25,758 nt of DNA from positions 1-25,758 of IMG/VR virus record IMGVR_UViG_3300005805_000430; one strand, 5' to 3'. Both the position numbers and the translations under genes were made by a program. The stretch's first letter is position 1. Every line of letters begins with the position of its first letter. Shown piece by piece: positions 1-8,310 of this stretch. This DNA is from a virus (taxonomy: Duplodnaviria; Caudoviricetes). Under the pieces are notes generated by a model that made no database searches, was not told the DNA's origin, and saw nothing but the letters and a program-made list of their open reading frames with translations.

Positions 1-151
1 CAGGCAAAGGATTTGATGAAGATACATCTCCATCATTAACTCCATCGGCACCTTGTACAATCTTTACTCGCTGATATTTTACACCAGCAATATCATCGGT
101 GGCAATAACATCGCCTCCGGTACCTGTGTTTAAGGTCGTGTTATCAGCCAT
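1..151 (-). CDS. Putative virion structural protein, N-terminal part (runs off window)
   Basis: Not in ORF track. ATG at 151 gives MADNTTLNTGTGGDVIATDDIAGVKYQRVKIVQGADGVNDGDVSSSNPLP, open to the window edge. Starts 6 nt after the previous stop in the tail operon. Confidence 0.65.
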   Translation of the reverse strand, partial: MADNTTLNTGTGGDVIATDDIAGVKYQRVKIVQGADGVNDGDVSSSNPLP

Positions 152-157
152 GATATA

Positions 158-580
158 TTAAGATAAGGTTGCGAATCCGGTGGTGAAGTTTATGGTGAAT
201 GTTTCGCCATTATTTAGCGTAACATCAGAACCATAGTCGTACCATCCAATAAGCGGATCGGCAGGACTAGTAGGATCATCGTTATAAAGCACTACATACC
301 TGAAAGTAGCCACCGTACCGGAAGCCGTCAGTGTCAGGTCATCTGCCGTAAAGGTTACGGTTCCTGAAGTCTGCTCACAGCTTACGTTGCTAATTACTCT
401 TGCACTCAAATTAGTATATGAGATTTGCGTAAGGTTAGCCAATACGCTATTGGTAGCAACCGGAGCATTGGCAGCAGCCGTCAAGGCAACTGTCACTGAA
501 CAAGTGCTATCTGAAGTGAAATTGTGGACACCTTTTGCAAGGTCCTCCACGAACTGATTAAATTTATTAAATGATGCCAT
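158..580 (-). CDS. Putative virion structural (tail-associated) protein, 140 aa
   Basis: Thr/Ser/Asn-rich, beta-rich sequence (YVVLYND...LIGWYDYGSDVTLNNGETFTINF). Start overlaps the upstream stop in the tail operon. Confidence 0.6.
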   Translation of the reverse strand: MASFNKFNQFVEDLAKGVHNFTSDSTCSVTVALTAAANAPVATNSVLANLTQISYTNLSARVISNVSCEQTSGTVTFTADDLTLTASGTVATFRYVVLYNDDPTSPADPLIGWYDYGSDVTLNNGETFTINFTTGFATLS

Positions 581-960
581 TATTTCTGTGTTTTAAGTTC
601 TTTAGGAAACATTTTTTCTACTTCTTCTGCGGTCAATGGTTTTCGCTGATCCTCTTCATCTTTATCAAAACTGAGTTTAATCAAATCAGTTTCTTTATAT
701 CCTAATGGCTTCACTTTGGGATCACGCATATAATTAATCATAAGTATCCATATCTTCCTTATTCTTGCCCATTCAAGTTCCTGAATCAATTTCTTTTCTT
801 CCTCTTGTCGCTCATAGCGTTCAATCATTAGAGAGAACTCATACCAGGACATACTAAAAAACTCATCAATGGATAGATTAAGGTTAACAAAGCTGAATTC
901 TATGTAATCATCAATATCCCATTTTACATCCCCAGATTTGCTGGGGCTTCTGCGTTTGGG
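580..960 (-). CDS. Tail assembly chaperone, frameshift extension (lambda gpT-like part of gpGT)
   Basis: The -1 frame is open from the slippery site at 960 through the annotated 580..852 ORF (...LNLSIDEFFSMSWYEF...). Position follows the tail tube and first chaperone. Confidence 0.8.
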   Translation of the reverse strand, partial: PKRRSPSKSGDVKWDIDDYIEFSFVNLNLSIDEFFSMSWYEFSLMIERYERQEEEKKLIQELEWARIRKIWILMINYMRDPKVKPLGYKETDLIKLSFDKDEEDQRKPLTAEEVEKMFPKELKTQK

Positions 961-1256
961 ATTTTATTAGCCTCATTGGTATCAGATTCAATCTTGTCAA
1001 ATCCATAAGTATCAATCCATGCAGCAACCTCATCTTTAGAAGGTTCCTGCTCCTTAAACAAACGAGCATATGATACCGCAGCGCACCAATACCAAACGAT
1101 TTGTGCTTCAATGTTGCCATCATCAAGAATTGATGACATATCAGAGAGTTTCACATTCATTTCCTTGCAAAACAATGCTGCTTGCATGGTTCCGAATTTG
1201 AAACCTCTCTGACTGCCAGCAATCTCAATTTTAAGAATACCTTTATATTGATCCAT
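924..1256 (-). CDS. Tail assembly chaperone (gpG-like), 110 aa
   Basis: Directly downstream of the tail tube gene and ends in a canonical slippery site. Confidence 0.8.
   Translation of the reverse strand: MDQYKGILKIEIAGSQRGFKFGTMQAALFCKEMNVKLSDMSSILDDGNIEAQIVWYWCAAVSYARLFKEQEPSKDEVAAWIDTYGFDKIESDTNEANKIPNAEAPANLGM
930..960 (-). other. Programmed -1 ribosomal frameshift signal
   Basis: In-frame C CCA AAC heptamer (960-954), 7-nt spacer, then CCCCAG-CAAAT-CTGGGG hairpin (946-930). Confidence 0.85.
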
Positions 1257-1648
1257 TAAGATTCATATTTGTTCCAAGTGCCAGTTACCTCAAAGGTTCC
1301 GCTAAAGGTGGTTCCTGCATTAAGAGGACCGGTAAAGGAAAGCGTATTGAGATAAGCCTGAGCATAGATGGTCAAATTGGTCTGATCACCAATACCAACC
1401 GATACTTCAGTCTGGTTCTTGTGAATGTCAATCAAATCCTGAAGACCATATGTAGATGCAGGATTAAACATTCCTTCAAATTCGATTGTTGCAGTATTTC
1501 CGGAAGGAAGGATGGCACGCTGGCCATTGTTGTCCTTACATGTTACATCAATCGTATTGTTAGTGCTGTTGAAGGTTGCGTTGGTCAGACAGCCAATAAG
1601 TTGACCGCCAACATAAACTCCGATATTATTACCATTAATTACTGCCAT
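1256..1648 (-). CDS. Major tail tube protein (TP901-1/Phage_tail_2-like)
   Basis: IGCLTNATFNSTNNTIDVTCKDN...TFSGTFEVTG pattern; located after the tail terminator gene. Confidence 0.85.
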   Translation of the reverse strand: MAVINGNNIGVYVGGQLIGCLTNATFNSTNNTIDVTCKDNNGQRAILPSGNTATIEFEGMFNPASTYGLQDLIDIHKNQTEVSVGIGDQTNLTIYAQAYLNTLSFTGPLNAGTTFSGTFEVTGTWNKYES

Positions 1649-1844
1649 TGTATTTATTGTTTAGTTGTTCAAGTTTTATTTTCAATTTATCTATATGTGG
1701 ATATTCTCCATCGTATTTCTCTCCATATTTAAGACGGATCAATTCACTTCCAAGCTGTGCATCGGTCTGCAAAACAGTTCCTATAGGATATGACCTACCA
1801 AACATATTGATCCACTTCTTTTTAAGCTGTACTCTATAAGCCAT
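1635..1844 (-). CDS. Hypothetical protein, 69 aa (start revised to MAYRVQ at 1844)
   Basis: Fills the gap between tail terminator and tail tube, with short overlaps at both ends. Confidence 0.6.
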   Translation of the reverse strand: MAYRVQLKKKWINMFGRSYPIGTVLQTDAQLGSELIRLKYGEKYDGEYPHIDKLKIKLEQLNNKYNGSN

Positions 1845-2226
1845 GTACTTGGAATGAAGTGCTTTTGTAATATAAATCATGGTCCTTTTCAAAACCATCT
1901 GATTCATTGTTAAAATTGGCCCAGCCAAAAGCAAGTCCGTTTACAGTGCCGGATGCCTGTGTTTTAAGCGCATCAATAACATAGTCATTGATTTCAGTGA
2001 CCTTATCATAAGATGAGGCATATGATGTGACTTCAATGGTCCAAACATAACCACAATCCTTGGCATTTTCTTCCTTGCTGAATATCCTGCAAATGCAATA
2101 AGGAGCTTTCTCCGTCTCCGGAGCAACCACAGGATAAATCTTATACTTCGTACCGGCAGCATTAAGACCAACTGAGCCTTGGACTGAAGCATCATTCTCA
2201 AGTATATATGTAATCGCCTTTAGCAT
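1834..2226 (-). CDS. Tail terminator / tail completion protein (DUF3168-like)
   Basis: KIYPVVAPETEKAPY motif, size and synteny. Confidence 0.75.
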   Translation of the reverse strand: MLKAITYILENDASVQGSVGLNAAGTKYKIYPVVAPETEKAPYCICRIFSKEENAKDCGYVWTIEVTSYASSYDKVTEINDYVIDALKTQASGTVNGLAFGWANFNNESDGFEKDHDLYYKSTSFQVHGL

Positions 2227-2750
2227 TATACTGGTGTTCCTCCTGCTTTCTTTATATACCTTCTGATAATCTGATCCATTTTGCTTACAATGGAATATCT
2301 CATTCTGCTTTCAACGACAGTTTTAGTGCTATTGAATGCAGGAACCATATAAGGATGCGGAGGAACCACTTTACGAGGCCGAGGATTCTTTAATCCTGCC
2401 ATTATACCTCTCCTCCATGTATAATTCATGCGTGGCCCAGGTCCAATTTTATGGCCTTTCTCAACCACATAACCATGCCTTCCTTTATATCCACCGGTAA
2501 ACCGTGGACCGACAATTACAACACCAAGGTCTTCATCAGGCCTTACTTTTCTCAAAGGCATTTTGATAGGACCAATTGATCCGGCCAAATTACCTGTCTT
2601 AGAATTGATATTAGATCTTGCCGCCTGAATCAATGGCTTTGCAGCATCAGCATTAGCAGCTCCAAGAACTCTATGAGTAAGCTGTTTGGGCAATGCTCTT
2701 AGTGCATCATCCAATTCTTTAACTCCAATTACAGATATCTTGGTAACCAT
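2226..2750 (-). CDS. HK97 gp10-like tail component
   Basis: GVKELDDALRAL, KTGNLAGSI, VEKGH and PHPYMVPAF motifs; basic protein. Confidence 0.85.
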   Translation of the reverse strand: MVTKISVIGVKELDDALRALPKQLTHRVLGAANADAAKPLIQAARSNINSKTGNLAGSIGPIKMPLRKVRPDEDLGVVIVGPRFTGGYKGRHGYVVEKGHKIGPGPRMNYTWRRGIMAGLKNPRPRKVVPPHPYMVPAFNSTKTVVESRMRYSIVSKMDQIIRRYIKKAGGTPV

Positions 2751-3112
2751 CAGGTGAAATAGATTTGGTCAAGCAAATTGGAAGTAATCCTCAAAAACCT
2801 ATTTCTGGTCTGTTCAGCAGAAGTGATGCTCAAAATCTCATATACCTGAGAATCGTGTACAATCCTCATCCGATTATTTATGTCATCACGATAACGGATA
2901 GTCCACTCAGTATTTTGAAAGTAAGTCATTCGGTCATCAATGACATTAGTGTTGCCACTGACATCAAATTTCTTTGCATTGACCAATGGATCAGTAGGAA
3001 TGAGTTCCCAGTCGGTCACTTTATCCTCATTGGAATCTCCATCGGATATAACCGGCTGAATGAAATAGATTTCTCTATCAAAATGGCCAATAAGTAACTT
3101 ATGCGCTAACAT
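2750..3112 (-). CDS. Head closure / head-tail adaptor (SPP1 gp16-like)
   Basis: WTIRYRDDINNRMRIVHDSQVYEILSI motif and synteny. Confidence 0.85.
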   Translation of the reverse strand: MLAHKLLIGHFDREIYFIQPVISDGDSNEDKVTDWELIPTDPLVNAKKFDVSGNTNVIDDRMTYFQNTEWTIRYRDDINNRMRIVHDSQVYEILSITSAEQTRNRFLRITSNLLDQIYFT

Positions 3113-3818
3113 TAGATAGGCTATTTAATTTAGTTACTTCTGAACTGCTCAATTTTGAAAGAACCTTATTAATGTCATATTCGTGACCAAGAAAATAATT
3201 GAACTTCCAGATATTCTCGCTTGACTTTATGTCTATAAGGCCTGGAACATCCATAGGTTCAACCTTCTTAAACTTATATCCTTTACTTTCAATCCTTCTT
3301 ATGCTGTCATTATCAAGTCCTCTGTTTAATTCATCAGACCAAATATTCCAGTTCAAGTCAACAAGTATATCACGCTTAATACACCTTCCGGCTCCATAGG
3401 TAGTTGATTTATTAGTGAGTCTTCTGCATTCAAGACTTTCGGATTCTATATAAGCCACATCACTAATTCCGAAGAAATCATATTTGAAAAAGTAATCAAA
3501 ATAATGATCCAGCATTTCATTAGTAATAAGATCATCTGATCCTATCTCCATTAAGTAGTCAAAGTCATGCTGAGAGCATACTTTTAATCCATAATTCTTT
3601 TTCTTGCCAAGAGGAAGATTTTGATGCATTACCCAGCGGACATCATGCTTTTCGCACAACGGAATCATTTCCGTTTCACTAATTACGGCTACAGTATCAA
3701 TGTTATAGGCAGGATGCCTTTTAAGCCTATCAATTCCAATAAGGCATAATTCGGTAATCTCTGGCCTGCGCCAAATGGCCAAATAAACAAGAAGGTTTAT
3801 TTTAGTCAATGTTGGCAT
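3099..3818 (-). CDS. GT-A-fold (GT2-like) glycosyltransferase inside the head-tail block
   Basis: NLPLGKKKNYGL, DYLMEIGSDD (DxD-like), YGAGR, RGLDND. Visibly paralogous to 14347..14994. Confidence 0.7.
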   Translation of the reverse strand: MPTLTKINLLVYLAIWRRPEITELCLIGIDRLKRHPAYNIDTVAVISETEMIPLCEKHDVRWVMHQNLPLGKKKNYGLKVCSQHDFDYLMEIGSDDLITNEMLDHYFDYFFKYDFFGISDVAYIESESLECRRLTNKSTTYGAGRCIKRDILVDLNWNIWSDELNRGLDNDSIRRIESKGYKFKKVEPMDVPGLIDIKSSENIWKFNYFLGHEYDINKVLSKLSSSEVTKLNSLSNVSA

Positions 3819-4428
3819 TCCAATTAACCTTTATAGAATCCAGCAGATGCAGACTATTCCAATTAATTGTATTCCAATTCATCATATTAATACTTCCGGC
3901 AACCTCATCTTGTCTGTTTTCAAACATAGATGCTACCTGAAGCAATATGGCTTGTTTGGCCAATTCAGGAAGTGGTTCGTTGACGGCCTCATCATAACCG
4001 GCAACGTAATTTATTGTTATTGCTTGTGGCCTTTTTCTTACATCAGTTGGCCATGTATCAACCTCGCCATCGGTATCTATGGCATATATGCGGCATACAT
4101 TGGAGTGATAATCAACAATGTAATCAACGTCTTCAACCATTGTAGTTGTTCCTCCATCATCATTATAGTAAGTAAATGATTCAATGGATTGAACAGGACC
4201 GTAAGGAACTATGATTGCGGACGTTGGAAAAATGTCCATCTTAATGGACCTGGTCTGAGTTACAAATGAAAGACCTGCATAACCTTCACAAATCCTTCTT
4301 GCACTTTTTATCAGGCTGGTGATATAAGCGTTTTTAGCCGTGCCGGTATACTCCAAATGCACTTTGGCATCAGAAAGACTTACCGGTTCATTGGCCGGTT
4401 GTTCCGTTACACGACTATAGGTGATCAT
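3802..4428 (-). CDS. Head-tail connector (HK97 gp6 / SPP1 gp15-like)
   Basis: EPVSLSDAKVHL, AITINYVAGY, KQAILLQVASMFENR motifs. Confidence 0.9.
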   Translation of the reverse strand: MITYSRVTEQPANEPVSLSDAKVHLEYTGTAKNAYITSLIKSARRICEGYAGLSFVTQTRSIKMDIFPTSAIIVPYGPVQSIESFTYYNDDGGTTTMVEDVDYIVDYHSNVCRIYAIDTDGEVDTWPTDVRKRPQAITINYVAGYDEAVNEPLPELAKQAILLQVASMFENRQDEVAGSINMMNWNTINWNSLHLLDSIKVNWNANID

Positions 4429-4568
4429 TTCTTTAATTCAATGAGGTCACTTTTAAATTTTTTCAGTTCAGCTTCCGTCACTTGTACGGCCTGACCTTTG
4501 TGAGCAATAACACTCTTTTTGTTTTCAACTTTTAGAAGGAAGTTCCTCTTTGCAATTGCTTTAGGCAT
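4425..4568 (-). CDS. Small hypothetical protein, 47 aa
   Basis: Not in ORF track. MPKAIAKRNFLLKVENKKSVIAHKGQAVQVTEAELKKFKSDLIELKK, with an ATGA overlap to the connector gene. Confidence 0.7.
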   Translation of the reverse strand: MPKAIAKRNFLLKVENKKSVIAHKGQAVQVTEAELKKFKSDLIELKK

Positions 4569-4583
4569 AAGTTCATTTATTTT

Positions 4584-4615
4584 AAAAATAGGGGACCAGG
4601 AGTATCCTGATCCCC
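4584..4615 (-). terminator. Intrinsic terminator/attenuator after the major capsid gene
   Basis: GGGGATCAGGA-TAC-TCCTGGTCCCC stem followed by TATTTTT on the minus strand. Confidence 0.75.
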
Positions 4616-4634
4616 ATTAAATCAAACCAAAGAA

Positions 4635-5984
4635 TTAGGTCAGTGAAGGAATATCAGTAGCATCCCAGTCAAGACATACAGTGAACTCTTTAGGCTGCTC
4701 AATCTCCACATCCATAAAGGCATTTACAACGAAACGCTTGGTTCCGGCAAGAGCCTGAGTATAAGGATCAAAGAGAATGTCAAGACCACCCCAGTTGCCA
4801 AGAACTGCGCCCTGCCAGTTGTTTCCGTAGATGATACCGCAAAGGTCGCTCTGTCCACCTTCAGAAAGGTTGGAAGGAATTACCTCGGTAACAAACAGAG
4901 GACGGCCTACCAAACGACCGGAGAAATCATAGGCAAAATTGCCTTCTACACCGCTGGTCTGTTTAGGAGTCTGTGACAGTGCGAATTCGCCATAAGCATT
5001 GGTAACAAAGCCGGTATTGCCATTGCGAGCATTGGCCGCCTTGGCATCACGGATCATGCTAACCAAAGCAGCGTAGGTCATGCCATTGGCAGAACCGCTA
5101 CCAAGGCTCAAGGTATTCACACCGCTGTAATACAGGATACCATAAGGCTTGTTGCCAGTGCCATCAGCTGCAAGAACTGCATCATCAATGGTCAGTTCAT
5201 ACCTGCGAGTGATGATATTGCGGAGGTGCTGCTCAAGCACAAATGAAGACTGAAGCATCATTTGGCTGGTAACATCCACATACATACCAGTCCGCTTGGG
5301 GCTGATGCTGATGTTGTTATAAGCCGGTACGGACTCATCCACGTTGGAAGTTTCAGTCTCCCAAGAAAAACCAACATCGGTGGAATGACGAGGCCACTGT
5401 ACGTTGCCACGAAGACCACTCATAATCGTGATGCCAAGCTGGCTAACGACAGGATTAGGATTCAGGACCGGAATCAGGCCCATCAGATCAGTAGCAACAA
5501 CATCAGTACCTTCGGTGCCTACGTTGAGAGCAGCTTTGGTCTTGCCAAACTGAATGAATTTGGAAGGGATGGCAATGTTACCAGAGATGGATACACCGGC
5601 TTCTTTTGCTTCCTTAACGGCTTCCTGATACATCTCAGCCTCAATGCCGTCATGCGTAAAGCGGTCCTTTTTGGTAGCCAGACCTTGGATTTGCTTGGCA
5701 AGAGAATAGCTCTTGCTGATGCGGTTCATTTCCTTGGTCTCTGCGCTGTTATCCTGTACAGGACCAACGGCAGTTGCCTGACGTTTAACAATTTCAGCAG
5801 CACGCTTTTCAGCACGCTCCAGAACTTCGATTTGAGCATCAAGCTCAACAATTTGCTTATCCAGGCCGTCAAGGTTCTTCACCTCTTCAGCGGACAAAGC
5901 CTTTTCTTTGGCCTTATTAGCCAGAACAGCGTATGCATCCTCAAGTGCTACACGCTCTTCTCTTTTTGCTTTCAGATTGTCCAT
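4635..5984 (-). CDS. Major capsid protein, HK97 fold, with N-terminal coiled-coil delta domain
   Basis: Coiled-coil N-terminus, ISISPKRTGMYVDVTSQMMLQS, GNWGGLDILFDPYTQA; follows the protease gene. Confidence 0.95.
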   Translation of the reverse strand: MDNLKAKREERVALEDAYAVLANKAKEKALSAEEVKNLDGLDKQIVELDAQIEVLERAEKRAAEIVKRQATAVGPVQDNSAETKEMNRISKSYSLAKQIQGLATKKDRFTHDGIEAEMYQEAVKEAKEAGVSISGNIAIPSKFIQFGKTKAALNVGTEGTDVVATDLMGLIPVLNPNPVVSQLGITIMSGLRGNVQWPRHSTDVGFSWETETSNVDESVPAYNNISISPKRTGMYVDVTSQMMLQSSFVLEQHLRNIITRRYELTIDDAVLAADGTGNKPYGILYYSGVNTLSLGSGSANGMTYAALVSMIRDAKAANARNGNTGFVTNAYGEFALSQTPKQTSGVEGNFAYDFSGRLVGRPLFVTEVIPSNLSEGGQSDLCGIIYGNNWQGAVLGNWGGLDILFDPYTQALAGTKRFVVNAFMDVEIEQPKEFTVCLDWDATDIPSLT

Positions 5985-6700
5985 TTTTTATTTTTTAATT
6001 GATTCAAACGATTTGCGTATATATCTACGTTAGGATCAGGCCTAACAGATAGATCTTCTTCAAGCTTGGTGGTATCCGCACCAAGTTCCTTGCCTTCAAT
6101 AAGGTCAAGAATATCCTGAACTTTCATTTTTTTCAGTTCAGCCATTTCAATATCAGGAAGCATCATACTAACAGCACGCAACGCATCATTTGCTCTGTCA
6201 ATGCTGAGTTTAACTGCCTCCTGGTTCATAGGAATATTTACCACGGACCACTCAAGAAGCTCTTGGCCGTCATAATAGTAAACTCCTTTTTCGGTCTTGC
6301 CATTGCCGGTAGGAAGAATTCCTACAGATGCAGCATTAAGGCTTCCGAATACAAGTTTTTTAAGGATTTTGTCCGCCACCGGATTAATGTCAGCAGGCTC
6401 AAATTCAGCCTCGGCAACAATCACCTTTTTATTATTAAACATATCCACGCTCACATTGGACTTACCAATAACCATATCCGGATTCGGATCGGAGAAGTAA
6501 CTTCCGTGAATGGCGTGCTGATAACCTACAATTGGATTGGCCTTGTAATTGTCAAAGGACCAATTATCCATATTAATAATCTCTTTGCCTCTGTCTTTTG
6601 CTCCGGTTGAAATAATGAATTTCATTTTCCGTGACTCAAGCACGGTGTTCGGATCAAATGACTTGGAAAGAATATTGGCTTGTAATTGCTTGTGTACCAT
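5972..6700 (-). CDS. HK97-type prohead protease
   Basis: NPIVGYQH, LNAASVGILP, QELLEWSVVNIPMN catalytic motifs. Confidence 0.9.
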   Translation of the reverse strand: MVHKQLQANILSKSFDPNTVLESRKMKFIISTGAKDRGKEIINMDNWSFDNYKANPIVGYQHAIHGSYFSDPNPDMVIGKSNVSVDMFNNKKVIVAEAEFEPADINPVADKILKKLVFGSLNAASVGILPTGNGKTEKGVYYYDGQELLEWSVVNIPMNQEAVKLSIDRANDALRAVSMMLPDIEMAELKKMKVQDILDLIEGKELGADTTKLEEDLSVRPDPNVDIYANRLNQLKNKKWTI

Positions 6701-6704
6701 ATTC

Positions 6705-8060
6705 TTAATTAGCGTAATAGTATTTAGCGTTAGTCTTTTTGGTAACTTTCTGATAGGCCTTTTTGTAGTCCTTCATATTGTTATCCGTATCCTCCTCATA
6801 TGCATCCTCTGAAACATCAGCAGGATTTGATTCGTGACCAGGATCAACCTTGGATTCATAAAAATCACGAAGCATATCTACCGGAACATTGGCACCCTGT
6901 ACGGTATAAATTTCACCGCCGTCATAGACATTCAAGTCTTCACGTTCACGAATCTCATTTCCGTTCATTCCTCCAATGTTCCGCATAGCAGTATAAAATG
7001 CGGCTCTTGCTTGCGTGTCACCACGAAGCAGACCGTTCATATTGAATTTGATATATGTATTATTCTTCTCACGTTCACTGAACAACTTCATGTTGCATTC
7101 CTGCTCCATCATACGAACCAAAGGAGTGATTGTATGTTTGGCAAAAATCAAATCTGATTGTTCTGCATTGCTGAATGTGGCACGCTCAAAATCCTGAGCA
7201 AATACAGGAGGTATCCGGTAGATTCCGTAAATCTTTTTATCTGTAAGTTTCTCCTGCTCAATAAATTGCGCATCACCTGGTGAGAGCATAATAGGAGTGA
7301 ACTCCCAGCGACCGGAAAGGATTGGAGTTCTTCCGGACATCAAGTCTTCTTTCCAAGACTTTTGATTCTCTGCTCTCTGCTCCGGACTCATGTTTCCTTC
7401 ATACGATAGAATGCCAGGAGGCTTTTGGCCTATACTCATAGCAGAGTATTTTTCAGCCTTTATAGCCTTTCCCATTGTTATGGCATTCTGCCGAATGGGA
7501 CTTACTCCATTAATTCCATCAAGACTCCACCAGCGGAAGTGCAAAATATCACGAGCAGGATATACCATGCCATTGATATAGTAATAAGCATTTCCGTCCT
7601 TAATCTGAATATTCTCGCAGTTCCAAGGTTGCAGTGGATCCAGGGAGGATACGACCCCCCTGCCGTTGCGATTTATGCCAATAAAACTGTTGCCCCACGA
7701 GTCTGCATGAATCATGGCCGTCATAATCATATTGGCCGATGACATATATGCATTTGGCTGATGCGCAAGCGGATAATAGACCGGATGATCCGGAATAGAT
7801 TCCTTGCCGGAATCGCCTTCTCTAAATACGTTTATAGGAAGGCTGGCAATGGTTTGAGACCTTACGTTGATGCAGGTATAAACGGTGGCCAGACCGTGCG
7901 CCCTTGATTCGGTAACAGGTTCTTCTGAGAAATTATCTGAATAACCAATAAGTCTGGCCCATGCCTCGGTACCTTTTAAATCGTAGGTGCCTGAGACATC
8001 CTTTTTGGAAAAATCCCAAACGTATTTTTCAAATAAATTTTGAAAAAAAGGCTTCTGCAA
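6705..8060 (-). CDS. Portal protein, HK97 family (TTG start)
   Basis: VYTCINVRSQTIASLP, DILHFR, GVSPI, ATFSNAEQ, LLRGDTQAR, NEIREREDL motifs. Confidence 0.95.
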   Translation of the reverse strand: MQKPFFQNLFEKYVWDFSKKDVSGTYDLKGTEAWARLIGYSDNFSEEPVTESRAHGLATVYTCINVRSQTIASLPINVFREGDSGKESIPDHPVYYPLAHQPNAYMSSANMIMTAMIHADSWGNSFIGINRNGRGVVSSLDPLQPWNCENIQIKDGNAYYYINGMVYPARDILHFRWWSLDGINGVSPIRQNAITMGKAIKAEKYSAMSIGQKPPGILSYEGNMSPEQRAENQKSWKEDLMSGRTPILSGRWEFTPIMLSPGDAQFIEQEKLTDKKIYGIYRIPPVFAQDFERATFSNAEQSDLIFAKHTITPLVRMMEQECNMKLFSEREKNNTYIKFNMNGLLRGDTQARAAFYTAMRNIGGMNGNEIREREDLNVYDGGEIYTVQGANVPVDMLRDFYESKVDPGHESNPADVSEDAYEEDTDNNMKDYKKAYQKVTKKTNAKYYYAN

Positions 8061-8069
8061 AAACTGATA

Positions 8070-8097
8070 TTTGTTTGCAAATAAACGTCTAACTTTG
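8070..8097 (+). promoter_or_regulatory. Bacteroidota-type promoter (TTTG ... TAACTTTG)
   Basis: TAnnTTTG at 8090-8097 with an upstream TTTG, 27 nt before the ATG at 8125. Confidence 0.55.
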
Positions 8098-8124
8098 TAA
8101 ACAGATTACAACCAAGTTTAGATT

Positions 8125-8310
8125 ATGGGCAAAAATCTATTGACGTGGTTTGAGGAGAAATATCAAGAAAATCTAAAGTCTCAAATCAGTTGTTCTGAGG
8201 CATTTAATAGAACGATTGATCAGGTAGGTTTTGATGCATATTCCTCCTACAATTCATTTGCCACAACAAGAAAAAAAATGGGATACAAAAGACGTAAACC
8301 TAAAAAGTAA
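8125..8310 (+). CDS. Small hypothetical protein (YSSYNSF motif, basic C-terminus)
   Basis: Fills the terL-portal gap on the opposite strand; its stop abuts the terL stop; has its own promoter-like box. Confidence 0.7.
   Translation: MGKNLLTWFEEKYQENLKSQISCSEAFNRTIDQVGFDAYSSYNSFATTRKKMGYKRRKPKK

Noticed and set aside
911-1126. 71-aa alternate-frame ORF overlapping the tail chaperone
   Set aside because: It is the other frame and does not connect to the downstream chaperone ORF; the -1 frame explains the locus.
5262-6002. 246-aa plus-strand ORF antisense to the capsid gene
   Set aside because: Shadow ORF of a codon-biased gene, with no recognisable motifs.
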